A stretch of 64,000 nt of DNA, from assembly GCA_038046805.1 (NCBI GenBank), contig JBBSVO010000007.1, positions 1-64,000 on the forward strand, read 5' to 3'. Each line of letters opens with the position of its first letter. The first letter of the stretch is position 1. Under the pieces are notes generated by a model. That model was not told the DNA's origin, did not search any database, and saw only the letters and a list, made by a program, of their open reading frames with translations. The translations under genes were made by a program, and so were the position numbers. The DNA comes from Candidatus Micrarchaeota archaeon. Lineage in GTDB: Archaea > Micrarchaeota > Micrarchaeia > Anstonellales > Bilamarchaeaceae. Of this stretch, positions 28,938 to 38,449 are shown piece after piece.

Positions 28938-29387
28938 GTGTGCTTTATGATAGTATCAGAACGCGAGATAACAACCAGAAGGTGTAATAGTACAAGATGT
29001 GATCAGAACCGAAGGCATTGTATTATAGAATTGCCACTCAATGAGGATGTGACAACGAGAATTGGAAGAAAGATCATAACTTCTTTTGAATGTTTTAGTC
29101 CGCTGGCAGAAGTTGAAAGCGCATTTCGGCATCCATCAGGAAGCTCCAGAGCGATTAGATTGCCTGTGAGATTACAAGGAGTATTAGGAGAAGAAAGTGT
29201 CGAAATAGCGGCACTAGTTACGGATTTGAGAGGAGAAAACGACCATACTGAGGGAACGTTGGAATCGATATATCGGATACGCCCTGACTGGGAGGGGGAA
29301 ATGGTTGAAAGAGTGCCTCTCGCAGATGCAAATACTTCCACTGTAATCCGTGCAATGATTGAACACAGGTTTATATTTCGGGTATAG
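28938..29387 (+). CDS. Hypothetical protein
   Basis: About 149-aa ORF with no motif. Confidence 0.55.
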   Translation: MCFMIVSEREITTRRCNSTRCDQNRRHCIIELPLNEDVTTRIGRKIITSFECFSPLAEVESAFRHPSGSSRAIRLPVRLQGVLGEESVEIAALVTDLRGENDHTEGTLESIYRIRPDWEGEMVERVPLADANTSTVIRAMIEHRFIFRV

Positions 29388-29445
29388 CCAATTCTGTGGT
29401 ATAAAATAGAAACAAATATAAATAGTTTCTACTAAAAGGATAGAT

Positions 29446-30273
29446 ATGAACCATACTGTTAGCATACGTTATAAAATAGATGAACGAACCGACGTGATCC
29501 TTCGGAGAAGACTAGATGGATTTTTGCAACGTGGTGGAGAGAAAACATTGAAAGACTCTGTTTTTGAAAGCAGGTTTGAGGCAGAACACTTGCCAGATGG
29601 AAGCTGGTTTTACTCTTTGAAGGACCGAAAGCCTGCATGGATACCTAATCGCGAGGAACCTAAGATCGAAGGCAGGAGAAACATTCCATCTGATCCAGAA
29701 CTATTAGAACATGCACGCAGAACATCCTCGGGGGTGGTTTTTGCTCCGAGCGAATTTGAGGAGAGAACCGAAGACCTGAATAGGTTCGCAATACATGCAA
29801 ATGAAGGAAATCCAAAACAAGTCATTACAGCAATGGATGCTTTTTTCACATTCGCAATGGGAAACCCGATAGAACTAGAAATCACAGAAGTTGATTTAGG
29901 CGGGCAACGGGCATTTGGCCTTTCCAGAAAAGAGGTTTATGCCAAAATATATTCCAGGGATAAAGGGGGAGCATGTAAAATTTCAAGTTGGTTTATTTTT
30001 TCAGAAGAAGGAATTTATGCAGAGTTTAACAGGGGACAATATGTTCTATTTTCGAGGTATGATAATATAAAATCATGGCGTAAAGAGTCATGGAGAGCAT
30101 TCAAATCTATGGAAAGATGCGCAAATGCCTTAGCAAAGGCAGCTGGAGGCAGAGCAATCTTTGATTTGAGACTGCCAAATGGCTTTGAACTGGTTCGGCT
30201 CAGAGATTATCTGGAAGAGGATATTCAAAAGAAAAGCAGGTATACACGGGGCCCTTTAGAAACCTATTTATAA
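29446..30273 (+). CDS. Hypothetical protein
   Basis: 275-aa ORF with no motif. Confidence 0.65.
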   Translation: MNHTVSIRYKIDERTDVILRRRLDGFLQRGGEKTLKDSVFESRFEAEHLPDGSWFYSLKDRKPAWIPNREEPKIEGRRNIPSDPELLEHARRTSSGVVFAPSEFEERTEDLNRFAIHANEGNPKQVITAMDAFFTFAMGNPIELEITEVDLGGQRAFGLSRKEVYAKIYSRDKGGACKISSWFIFSEEGIYAEFNRGQYVLFSRYDNIKSWRKESWRAFKSMERCANALAKAAGGRAIFDLRLPNGFELVRLRDYLEEDIQKKSRYTRGPLETYL

Positions 30274-30294
30274 TTAGTCCTATTACTCAGAGGT

Positions 30295-31233
30295 ATGGAG
30301 CGAAAGGTTGAGAAAGTTATTAAGGATATAAAAGCGCTCAAAATACAGGGTGCAAGAAATATTGCAAAGGCAGTAGTTAATGCGATTATACTACAGATTC
30401 AAAAATCACGGGCAAAAACCTTAGACGAATTATATTCGGAACTTCTTGTTGTGAGCGAAGCCCTTGCATCAGCAAGGCCAACAGAACCAATGGTACGAAA
30501 TGCTGTTGGGGAGATTGCAAGATTCGCGTTTACACAGATAAAAACCAATGAAGTGAAAGATGCGAAGGAACTTCAGAAAAAAGTTATCGCAAAGGAAAAA
30601 GATTACCTTAAGAAAATGGATGAAAATTCACGGGCGCTTATAGAATACGGGGCAAAACTTATTCCGGATGGCGCTGTTGTTATGACGCACTGCCACTCAT
30701 CCACAGTTACCGGGATACTCAAGCGTGCTGCGGATATGGGAAACCAGATTAAGGTGTTTGCCTGCGAAACCCGCCCTAGATACCAGGGAAGAATAACTGC
30801 AAAGGAATTGGTTGATGCAGACATTGAGACCTCGCTGATTGTTGATTCCGCGATGAACACGTTCATGAAAAAAGCGGAATTGTGCCTCGTTGGAGCGGAT
30901 GCTATAACCTCGCGCGGGGATCTGATAAATAAAGTGGGGACATCAACGCTCGCACACATAGCGGAAATGCACGATGTTTCGTTTTATTCTGCGGCTGAAC
31001 TCTACAAATATAGTCCGATAAGCCTGTTCGGGAATCTTGAAAAAATTGAAGAACGCGATCCGAAAGAAGTATGGGACAAGCCGCCAAAAGGACTCGTTGT
31101 GCGCAATCCCGCATTTGATGTTACTGCGGCGCAATATATCAACGGATACATCACAGAAGCAGGAGTGGTTCCACCACAATCGCTGTTCGCAGTTGCGTCC
31201 AAGCAGATGGGGATTGAGATTGAAAGGAAATAA
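30295..31233 (+). CDS. Ribose-1,5-bisphosphate isomerase (eIF-2B family)
   Basis: KIQGA, ARPTEP, MTHCHSSTV, ETRPRYQG, GADAI, NPAFDVT; adjacent to AMP phosphorylase. Confidence 0.92.
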   Translation: MERKVEKVIKDIKALKIQGARNIAKAVVNAIILQIQKSRAKTLDELYSELLVVSEALASARPTEPMVRNAVGEIARFAFTQIKTNEVKDAKELQKKVIAKEKDYLKKMDENSRALIEYGAKLIPDGAVVMTHCHSSTVTGILKRAADMGNQIKVFACETRPRYQGRITAKELVDADIETSLIVDSAMNTFMKKAELCLVGADAITSRGDLINKVGTSTLAHIAEMHDVSFYSAAELYKYSPISLFGNLEKIEERDPKEVWDKPPKGLVVRNPAFDVTAAQYINGYITEAGVVPPQSLFAVASKQMGIEIERK

Positions 31234-31274
31234 AATGATGAAAATGAAAAGAACGACAAATTGCAGGGATTTAT

Positions 31275-32846
31275 ATGTCTGAAAAACCAAAATATGTTGA
31301 AAAGGAAACAAAGCGCGTGGATGTATGGAGATACAAGAAATACACGTGCAAGGCAAAAATACTGGATATCAAAACCGGAAAAAGAATTGTTCTCATGAAT
31401 TCAAAGGATGCAATGGCCCATGATATTTATCTCGGCTATCGCACGGAATTAAGGCTAGGAAAAAAGAGCGCGATTGTGATAGTAGATACGAGCAATGAAA
31501 TGGTTAAACCCGGGGAAATTGGAATTTATCAGGATGCTGCAGAAGAACTTGGGGCGAAAAAGGGAGACACAATAGAAATCCTCCACATGAACAGGCCTGA
31601 GTCCATTGAATATATAAAAAAGAAAATGGATGGAAAAACTCTTACGTCTTCTGAGATAAATGCCGTTGTAAACGAGATAATGGATGGAAGATTAAACGAC
31701 GTTGAAACAGCGGCATGGGTATCCGGGGTTTACATAAACGGTATGTCTGATGACGAGATTATTGCACTTGCAGACGCCACTGTAAATTCTGGGGACAAAC
31801 TTGATTTGGGAAAGCACCCCGTGGTAGACAAACACTGCGCCGGAGGAGTTTCCGGAAACCGGACAACCATGATAGTTGTTCCGATTATCGCTGCGAGCGG
31901 GATTTATATTCCGAAAACTTCGTCCCGTGCCATCACCTCTGCATCTGGCACCTCCGACACGATGGAGGTTCTCGCAAACGTAACGTTCAGTGTTGATGAA
32001 CTGAAACATATTGCCCTAAAATCGCACGGGGCAATGGTCTGGGGCGGGGGAATGAAACTCGCTCCTGTGGATGACAAATTAATCAGGATAAGAAATCCGC
32101 TTTCACTTGACCCTGAGGGAATGCTTCTTGCGAGCATACTTGGAAAGAAGAAGTGTGTTGGTGCGGAATACGTGATTGTTGATTTGCCGGTCGGAAGAGG
32201 CGCGAAAATAAATGACGTGGCACGGGCTAATGAACTCGCAAAGCATTTCATAAAAATAGGAAGCGAGATGGGCATGAAAATAGAGGCGCTGATTACTGAT
32301 GGCGCAGAACCTATTGGAAACGGAATAGGGCCGGCATTGGAATGCAGGGATGTTATGCAGGTATTGGAGGGGACAGGACCCGAGGATTTGAAGCACAAAT
32401 CCTGCATGATGGCTGGAAAGCTGCTTGAATTATGCGGAAAAGTGGGTGCAGGACAAGGTCATGGAATTGCATTGAAAATGCTCGAAAACGGAAAGGCGCT
32501 TGCAAAAATGAGGGAAATTATCGGGCTTCAGGGTGGGGATCCAAAAGTAAAATCCGATTCAATTCCGATCGGAGAATACACGTATGACGTAAAATCCCAG
32601 GTTGATGGCCAGATATTTCATATAGATAATAAAGTGATTTCAAAGATTGCCAGGCTTGCCGGAGCGCCATTTGATAAAGGAGCTGGAGTTTACCTCCACT
32701 GCCTGAGAGGGGATAACATAAGAAAGGGGAATAAACTGTTCACAATTCATGCTGAAAGCGAGCCAAAATTAGGATTCGCGATAAAGGCATTGGAGAATCT
32801 TGAACCGATTGAGATGAGGAAGATGATTTTGGGGACGATGCAATAA
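31275..32846 (+). CDS. AMP phosphorylase
   Basis: N-terminal extension plus DKHCAGGVSGNRTT, PKTSSRAITSASGTSDTMEVL, GIGPALE. Confidence 0.95.
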   Translation: MSEKPKYVEKETKRVDVWRYKKYTCKAKILDIKTGKRIVLMNSKDAMAHDIYLGYRTELRLGKKSAIVIVDTSNEMVKPGEIGIYQDAAEELGAKKGDTIEILHMNRPESIEYIKKKMDGKTLTSSEINAVVNEIMDGRLNDVETAAWVSGVYINGMSDDEIIALADATVNSGDKLDLGKHPVVDKHCAGGVSGNRTTMIVVPIIAASGIYIPKTSSRAITSASGTSDTMEVLANVTFSVDELKHIALKSHGAMVWGGGMKLAPVDDKLIRIRNPLSLDPEGMLLASILGKKKCVGAEYVIVDLPVGRGAKINDVARANELAKHFIKIGSEMGMKIEALITDGAEPIGNGIGPALECRDVMQVLEGTGPEDLKHKSCMMAGKLLELCGKVGAGQGHGIALKMLENGKALAKMREIIGLQGGDPKVKSDSIPIGEYTYDVKSQVDGQIFHIDNKVISKIARLAGAPFDKGAGVYLHCLRGDNIRKGNKLFTIHAESEPKLGFAIKALENLEPIEMRKMILGTMQ

Positions 32847-32905
32847 CTGACCCGCGAACCGTTTCGGATTCCCGGTTTCGCGTCTAGGTATATGATAAAT
32901 CAGAC

Positions 32906-33751
32906 TCACAGACCAGAAGATGAAAGCGAAATATCCTCCAACGCAAGTCTAAAAGCAGGAAAAAAGTGATCTTCCCAGCCGTTGGATAGGAGATACTGCC
33001 ACAGTTGGATTAAAGGGGGGACATCAATGTGCGGAGTAATATCACGCTTAATCTCCATATTTATTACCCCGTATTTTCTCGCCCTTACGTGTCTTATCAG
33101 ATCCATAACTCGATTAAGATTCCTCAACAAATTCTCAAATATCAACTCTCTAGCCTGCACCCGTCCGATTTCAAACTGTTCTGGGTTTACGGCCTTAAAA
33201 AATCGTGGGAGATCTGGAAAGCTAAATGCAGTTCCGAAATCTATGTTTCGTGGCTGGTTATCTGAAGTTACTACCATATTCGGACTTCGTCTATCCCCTA
33301 GATTAAAAAGACAGATATACTCCGCCAATTTTCCACATCCTTGTGCAAACACAGGAAGTTTAATTATTTCATCTGGAGTATAGGATGTGTGATAGCCTGG
33401 AACATCTACAGTTACTAGCACATTTCCAGCAAGAACATACGCAATTGGACTGTCCGTAAGCAGGTTGTTCAATTCAAGTGCAAGCGCCTCTCTTCTTGGG
33501 CCTTCTTCTACGTCCTTTATGTAGCATCTGGAATCCCTGCCATGATGATTTACCTGAACAACTACCACGTTCCGAAATTGCCGTTCCTCGTCAATGTCAT
33601 AAACAAAGTCATGACCCACGTAACAAACGTCAGCGCGAAAAACCGCCTTTGCGGCCTTTTCTATAAGTTCTGGTGAATCCACTATCTGCCTAAATGACGG
33701 CAGCCGGGCTAACCTGAGATACCGGTCAACAGGATGAAAATTAACACGCAT
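32906..33751 (-). CDS. PI3/4-kinase-like or HipA-like kinase-fold protein
   Basis: YIK...REALA, LGDRRSPNMV and IDFG catalytic-loop motifs. Confidence 0.65.
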   Translation of the reverse strand: MRVNFHPVDRYLRLARLPSFRQIVDSPELIEKAAKAVFRADVCYVGHDFVYDIDEERQFRNVVVVQVNHHGRDSRCYIKDVEEGPRREALALELNNLLTDSPIAYVLAGNVLVTVDVPGYHTSYTPDEIIKLPVFAQGCGKLAEYICLFNLGDRRSPNMVVTSDNQPRNIDFGTAFSFPDLPRFFKAVNPEQFEIGRVQARELIFENLLRNLNRVMDLIRHVRARKYGVINMEIKRDITPHIDVPPLIQLWQYLLSNGWEDHFFPAFRLALEDISLSSSGL

Positions 33752-33799
33752 GAATATATTGGTATGTGTGAAAAGTTATAAAGATTGGTATTTGGGAGT

Positions 33800-34213
33800 T
33801 TACCATCTCTTCAGCACAATAAACGTCTTCGTATCGGCAACGCTACGCAATTTTCGCAATCTGTCTATCTTTGAATCAATTTCTGTAAGGCTTGCGCCTT
33901 CGAGGATAAGGCATCCGTCGTATTCTCCGGAGATTTCATAAGTTTCCTTTGCTATCTTGTGCACCGCAACTTCGGCCATCATCTTTTTTGTATCCGCGCG
34001 CGCTTTGAGCATCACGACTGCATAGTATGACGCGGAAGCTCCTCTTGTTTCGATTGTGAACCGCTCTATGGCACGACTTGCGGTCAGAACCTCAATTCTG
34101 TGGCGTACCGCGCCTTCCGTCAGGCCGACGGCTTTTGCAATTTCAACATTGGAAATGCGGGAGTTTTGTTTCAGAAAAGAGAGTATGTGCACGTCTGTGT
34201 CATCAAGCTTCAT
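33800..34213 (-). CDS. Lrp/AsnC-family regulator (LysM-like)
   Basis: LDDTDVHIL..LKQNSR.SNVEIAKAVGLTEGAVRHRI, YEISGEYD. Confidence 0.93.
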   Translation of the reverse strand: MKLDDTDVHILSFLKQNSRISNVEIAKAVGLTEGAVRHRIEVLTASRAIERFTIETRGASASYYAVVMLKARADTKKMMAEVAVHKIAKETYEISGEYDGCLILEGASLTEIDSKIDRLRKLRSVADTKTFIVLKRW

Positions 34214-34254
34214 GAAAGTGAATGGCGCGGTAAATTATATAAGGATTGCGATTT

Positions 34255-34318
34255 TCGTAATATTACGATATTCGCAGAATGACATGATTATATTACTAAT
34301 TTCGTAACTAAATTACGA
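34255..34318. promoter_or_regulatory. Two palindromic operator candidates
   Basis: TCGTAATATTACGA (34255-68, perfect palindrome) and TCGTAActaaaTTACGA (34302-18), upstream of TATA-like TATTTAAAAA. Confidence 0.65.
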
Positions 34319-34354
34319 TATATTTAAAAACTGTTCGGTCCAGAAGAATAAACT

Positions 34355-34429
34355 ATGCAAACAATCAGAATGGCTGCTCTCGAAGTCGCTCATTTTTGGA
34401 AAAAGCTCAAGGCCCGCTGCCGGGCATGA
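34355..34429 (+). CDS. Putative 24-aa leader or precursor peptide
   Basis: MQTIRMAALEVAHFWKKLKARCRA; ATG about 30 nt after the TATA box, consistent with a leaderless mRNA. Confidence 0.5.
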   Translation: MQTIRMAALEVAHFWKKLKARCRA

Positions 34430-34529
34430 TATCTAGTCAAAAGTCTGGAAATTTTGAGTTTTATTTGAATTTTGTTTTACTCGAAAATAGGAATTGAAAT
34501 ATTTAAAACAATAAAAGAAGGTGAAAATC

Positions 34530-35753
34530 ATGATAACAAGAACTACAGAACAACGAAGAACGCTGCTGAGGCGAGATACAGTATTCAGCACTGAAAGCGA
34601 ATTCGCACTTTTTGATGCCAGGGGGAGGCCACTGGGCAGGAAAGAAACTGGAGATGTGATTGAACGAGCCAGAAACGAGTTCGGCAGTAAAATGAGGTGG
34701 CGACAAACCGAAGTAGTAGAAGAGGTTGCCCCAAATGCTATAGAATTGAAAATATGCTTCTCAACAGTGGCAGAGATAAGGGAAGACCTTGCAGGGGCGT
34801 ATAGAATAATGGGAAGACTGATTGCCCAGCTTGGAATTCAAATCATAGCAACCTCCCAGCCAACCACCAGAGGGGCAATAGGAGAAGGATTGACACATTT
34901 CCTGAGCACGGATATTTTCCAAAGATCGGCAATGGATCTGGCAGCTACGAATTCAATCCAATTCCACGTAGGAATAGGGAATTTTGATGAAGGAGCGGCG
35001 ATATATAATGCAGCGAATAGGTTCGCGGCCCCTGTGCTTGCCCTGACGCAATGTGCGATTATAAATGGTCGGGAACGTGGAAGGACCAGTTTAATGGCCG
35101 AATTCTTTGAGAACCTTCCTCCTGAACTGGCAAATCCCTGGAACATGCGAGAAGCCGGAGATTACGCAAAAGGGATGGAAGCTGCAAGGCAGCGGGTTGA
35201 GGAGATCGTTCGCAGAATGACGCCTGAAAGAATTAGCGAACTTGCCGCAAGATACCCCACATTTGTAACGGCAGACGGACGAGTACTACAATGGACCGCG
35301 GATAAAATCTTTCAACCTGCAAGAATGAGATTGGATAAAGCAGTCCCTGGGATGGGCCTTATTGGAAGCGTTGAATTCAGACCTATTGACGGGCAACCAA
35401 CACTTCAGGCAACTATTGCAGCAATTGAACTGGCAATTGGATTGCTTGCACAGCCACTGGTTCATCATACAGATATACTGGAAGGAGCAGAGATGGAAAT
35501 CGGAGAGGTTACCCGAAGAATAGCAGAATATGGTGTTTCCGCAATAAGCTGGAACGGACTTGGGAATGAAAGGAATGCCCACAGATGTGCAATAACCGGA
35601 CTCACCGGTATCGGATTGGTACCTCAATATCTTTCAGAGTTGCAACCACTTGATGGTGGAAGCGCGGAGTTCAGGATTATACGTCCCTCGATGCCTCCAG
35701 AAGATATTGTAAGAATAAACCATATCAGGTTCATGCAAAGCATAGCGCAATGA
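34530..35753 (+). CDS. GCS2/YbdK-like carboxylate-amine ligase (glutamate-cysteine ligase family 2 fold)
   Basis: STESEFAL, EE....IEL, SIQFHVG, P.R....GSVEFRPIDGQP. Confidence 0.7.
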   Translation: MITRTTEQRRTLLRRDTVFSTESEFALFDARGRPLGRKETGDVIERARNEFGSKMRWRQTEVVEEVAPNAIELKICFSTVAEIREDLAGAYRIMGRLIAQLGIQIIATSQPTTRGAIGEGLTHFLSTDIFQRSAMDLAATNSIQFHVGIGNFDEGAAIYNAANRFAAPVLALTQCAIINGRERGRTSLMAEFFENLPPELANPWNMREAGDYAKGMEAARQRVEEIVRRMTPERISELAARYPTFVTADGRVLQWTADKIFQPARMRLDKAVPGMGLIGSVEFRPIDGQPTLQATIAAIELAIGLLAQPLVHHTDILEGAEMEIGEVTRRIAEYGVSAISWNGLGNERNAHRCAITGLTGIGLVPQYLSELQPLDGGSAEFRIIRPSMPPEDIVRINHIRFMQSIAQ

Positions 35754-35763
35754 GGGAGAAAAA

Positions 35764-36849
35764 ATGGCAAGAAGATTGAGAACTGAAAATGAGAATAGAC
35801 AACATCGTGTGGTAGTGCCACCAAACAGCATAGGTTTAGCTTGGCCACCTAGATATGATGCACACAATCAAAGGATAATCGGAAGTTATCCCCTAATAGT
35901 TGATACCATCCCTAGTGCGCTTAAACTAGCACAAGAAATCGATAGAGCATTGCAGAGTAAAGTAAGTCGTCTGACGGTAAGGGCAATATTTGAAGTGCCA
36001 TTTGGAATACATGCTCATCCAAGATTAGACGAGTACTGGGACATGGTTAACGCATTTAACCGCAGGTTGAATGCGATAAATCAAAGAGCAAGAATTGAGG
36101 CTTCTGTCCCTTTTGGATGTTATATTGATCCGTATTGCCGCAACTTTAATGTGATATATGTTGGATGTAACTCATTAGAAAGAAGAGCTACAGAGACAAT
36201 TCGAGACGCAGAAATAGTTGATATAGAGAGAATCAGTAGGAAATTCGGACCTACAACCGCAAGCGCAGCATACCCTAGATTAAAGTGGGAAGGCATAGTA
36301 ACAGAGCAGTTAAGATATCCGACAGCCGATGACATTAGCCGCATACTCTGGCTATACCGTCGAGCATTCCAGAAATATCACTTTCCAATAAATGAAGAAA
36401 GTGTTGAAACAATTGTGAAACACAGTATTATTACGCTAGTTGCACGGAATAGGCTCAAAGAGATAGTCGCATTACTTGTAGCTGAACATGCAAATTTGCC
36501 ACTCGGTTGTGCAGATATTAACCTTATAAAACTCGGAGAAGCCGTTACTGATAGAAAATATCGAAAACTAGACAGAGAAGACACGTTGGTAAATTTACTT
36601 ACTGTGCTTTATCACAAAATGAGTGAATTGTTGAGAAAAAGGTATAGCCAAAACGGTACGGTTATTTATTCAGAAACGAGAGCGCCCTGGGGTCCAGTAA
36701 ATATCGCTACACGAAGTGCTGGATTCGAGTATTGCGGTATGCTTTCACAGCACTGCACTATTGTAAGCGATCGAAGCCCTGAAATGCAATGTGGTGGCAA
36801 AATGAGATATAATGGCAATCTCGAAGACTTTGCAGTGTGGGTGCACTAA
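35764..36849 (+). CDS. GNAT acetyltransferase, AblB (beta-lysine acetyltransferase)-like C-terminal domain
   Basis: AVTDRKYR, YSETRA...VN....AGFEYCGML...C.I, LEDFAVW. Confidence 0.65.
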   Translation: MARRLRTENENRQHRVVVPPNSIGLAWPPRYDAHNQRIIGSYPLIVDTIPSALKLAQEIDRALQSKVSRLTVRAIFEVPFGIHAHPRLDEYWDMVNAFNRRLNAINQRARIEASVPFGCYIDPYCRNFNVIYVGCNSLERRATETIRDAEIVDIERISRKFGPTTASAAYPRLKWEGIVTEQLRYPTADDISRILWLYRRAFQKYHFPINEESVETIVKHSIITLVARNRLKEIVALLVAEHANLPLGCADINLIKLGEAVTDRKYRKLDREDTLVNLLTVLYHKMSELLRKRYSQNGTVIYSETRAPWGPVNIATRSAGFEYCGMLSQHCTIVSDRSPEMQCGGKMRYNGNLEDFAVWVH

Positions 36850-36906
36850 TCTTTTTAGTTTCTTTCTTTTTTATTTATAGTATTATAGTATATATGGGTG
36901 AAAAAT

Positions 36907-38070
36907 ATGGAATCTTTGGAACTTCTTCGCAAACTCGTTTCCATAAACTCCGTCTTTCCGAACGAGCGCGAGCTTGCGGAATATTTGGAAAAGAAGCTGC
37001 GCGAACTTGGATTTACTATGAAAAGAATTCCAATTTCAGAAAACCGCTTCAATGTTGTTGGCGAACGCGGGACTGGTGGAAAGGCGGTTATGCTGTACGC
37101 GCACATGGACACAGTTGAGCCATACGGAACATGGGGCACAGACCCATTCACGTTGACTGAACAACCCGGTAATGAAGACAAACTAATTGGACTCGGCTCT
37201 GTTGATATGAAAGCAGGAATTGCAGCCATTCTTATCGCATGCGCAGACGAAGACGTGCGGAACAAAAACAAAAGGATAAAGATCGCGTTCGGGGTTGATG
37301 AGGAGAATATCTCCGAGGGAGCACAGGAAATAGCAAAAAGCGGATTCCTTAATGATGTGGAATTCTGTATTTCAACCGAAAGCCCGCATCCAGACGGGAT
37401 AGAACTCGGCCCAAAGGCACTTACGCTCGGAAGGCGCGGGAGATGTGTGATTGAGATTAATGTTCCGGGTCAATCCGCGCATGGGGCGAATCTTTCTCTT
37501 GGAAAGAATGCGATAAGCGAAGCGGCAAAATTGATTCCGAAACTCGAGGCACGTAATCAACAGATGAAATCACACGAACTTCTCCCACCCCCAACGCAAT
37601 TTATAAGAAAAATCCATGGAGAAAGCAACTCGTTATCCACTCCTGACAGCGTGACTCTTGAACTAGACAGGCATCTGGTTACTCCCGAAACACCGGAAAG
37701 CGCACTTGCGGAAACTCAAAAATTCATAGATTCACTTTATACAAATGGGGAATTTCGGGAAATTAACGGAAATAGGATAACCGCACGCTTAAAGGAAAGA
37801 AAAACGCCCTATCTCGCGCCATTCGTAACCGAAAAAAATAATCCGCACGTTATGAAATTCGCGGAAATAATCAAACAAAAATTCGGAAGCGGTCCTAAGT
37901 ATGGTTATGGATTATCCGTTGCTGATGAAAATATTTTTGCCGCACGTGGAGTCCCTGTCGCAGTAATCGGGGCAAAGGGCGGAAACGAGCATGCCGCGAA
38001 CGAATGGGTCTTCAAATCGAGCTATTTTGAGCTCATCGACGTGCTCAAAACATTTTTAAGGAGTTGCTAA
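36907..38070 (+). CDS. M20-family metallopeptidase/deacylase (ArgE/DapE-like)
   Basis: AHMDTV, GLGSVDMKAG, DEE, GQSAHG, H..NE. Confidence 0.92.
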   Translation: MESLELLRKLVSINSVFPNERELAEYLEKKLRELGFTMKRIPISENRFNVVGERGTGGKAVMLYAHMDTVEPYGTWGTDPFTLTEQPGNEDKLIGLGSVDMKAGIAAILIACADEDVRNKNKRIKIAFGVDEENISEGAQEIAKSGFLNDVEFCISTESPHPDGIELGPKALTLGRRGRCVIEINVPGQSAHGANLSLGKNAISEAAKLIPKLEARNQQMKSHELLPPPTQFIRKIHGESNSLSTPDSVTLELDRHLVTPETPESALAETQKFIDSLYTNGEFREINGNRITARLKERKTPYLAPFVTEKNNPHVMKFAEIIKQKFGSGPKYGYGLSVADENIFAARGVPVAVIGAKGGNEHAANEWVFKSSYFELIDVLKTFLRSC

Positions 38071-38085
38071 CCCCAATATAGGTTA

Positions 38086-38376
38086 CCCGCTTTAGCTCAA
38101 GGGCCTTTTTGACTTAGTATGTACTTAGGGCAAAAACCCCCGGGAAAAAGCCCTTAGGTAAAATAGTCGAAAGGGACGAGCATCGGTAGAGCGACTGGCT
38201 GTAGCATGTTCTCGGTATTTTTGCCGATTTACAGTCGTGGATACCAGTAGGTTGCTTGTTCAATCCCATATCCCCTTTCTTTAGGAAAGAAAGGGGCTGA
38301 GGGTTTCACCCCCAAAGAAAACTATTAATACTGGGGTATGAAATCCAGTAATGGGGAACAAATCAGGCAAGCGGGA
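38086..38376 (+). tRNA. tRNA-Tyr(GUA) with three introns (15/16: 38101-38183; 37/38: 38205-38242; 58/59: 38264-38361)
   Basis: Spliced CCCGCTTTAGCTCAA|CGGTAGAGCGACTGGCTGTAG|ACCAGTAGGTTGCTTGTTCAA|ATCAGGCAAGCGGGA; C1-G72 and A73 archaeal Tyr identity elements; BHB-like junctions. Confidence 0.93.
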
Positions 38377-38449
38377 TTTTTTTTATTGGTTACGAGTCCA
38401 GGGTTTTGAGTTTCGGGTTCCGACTCGATAAGAGTAATAGGTTTGTGAT

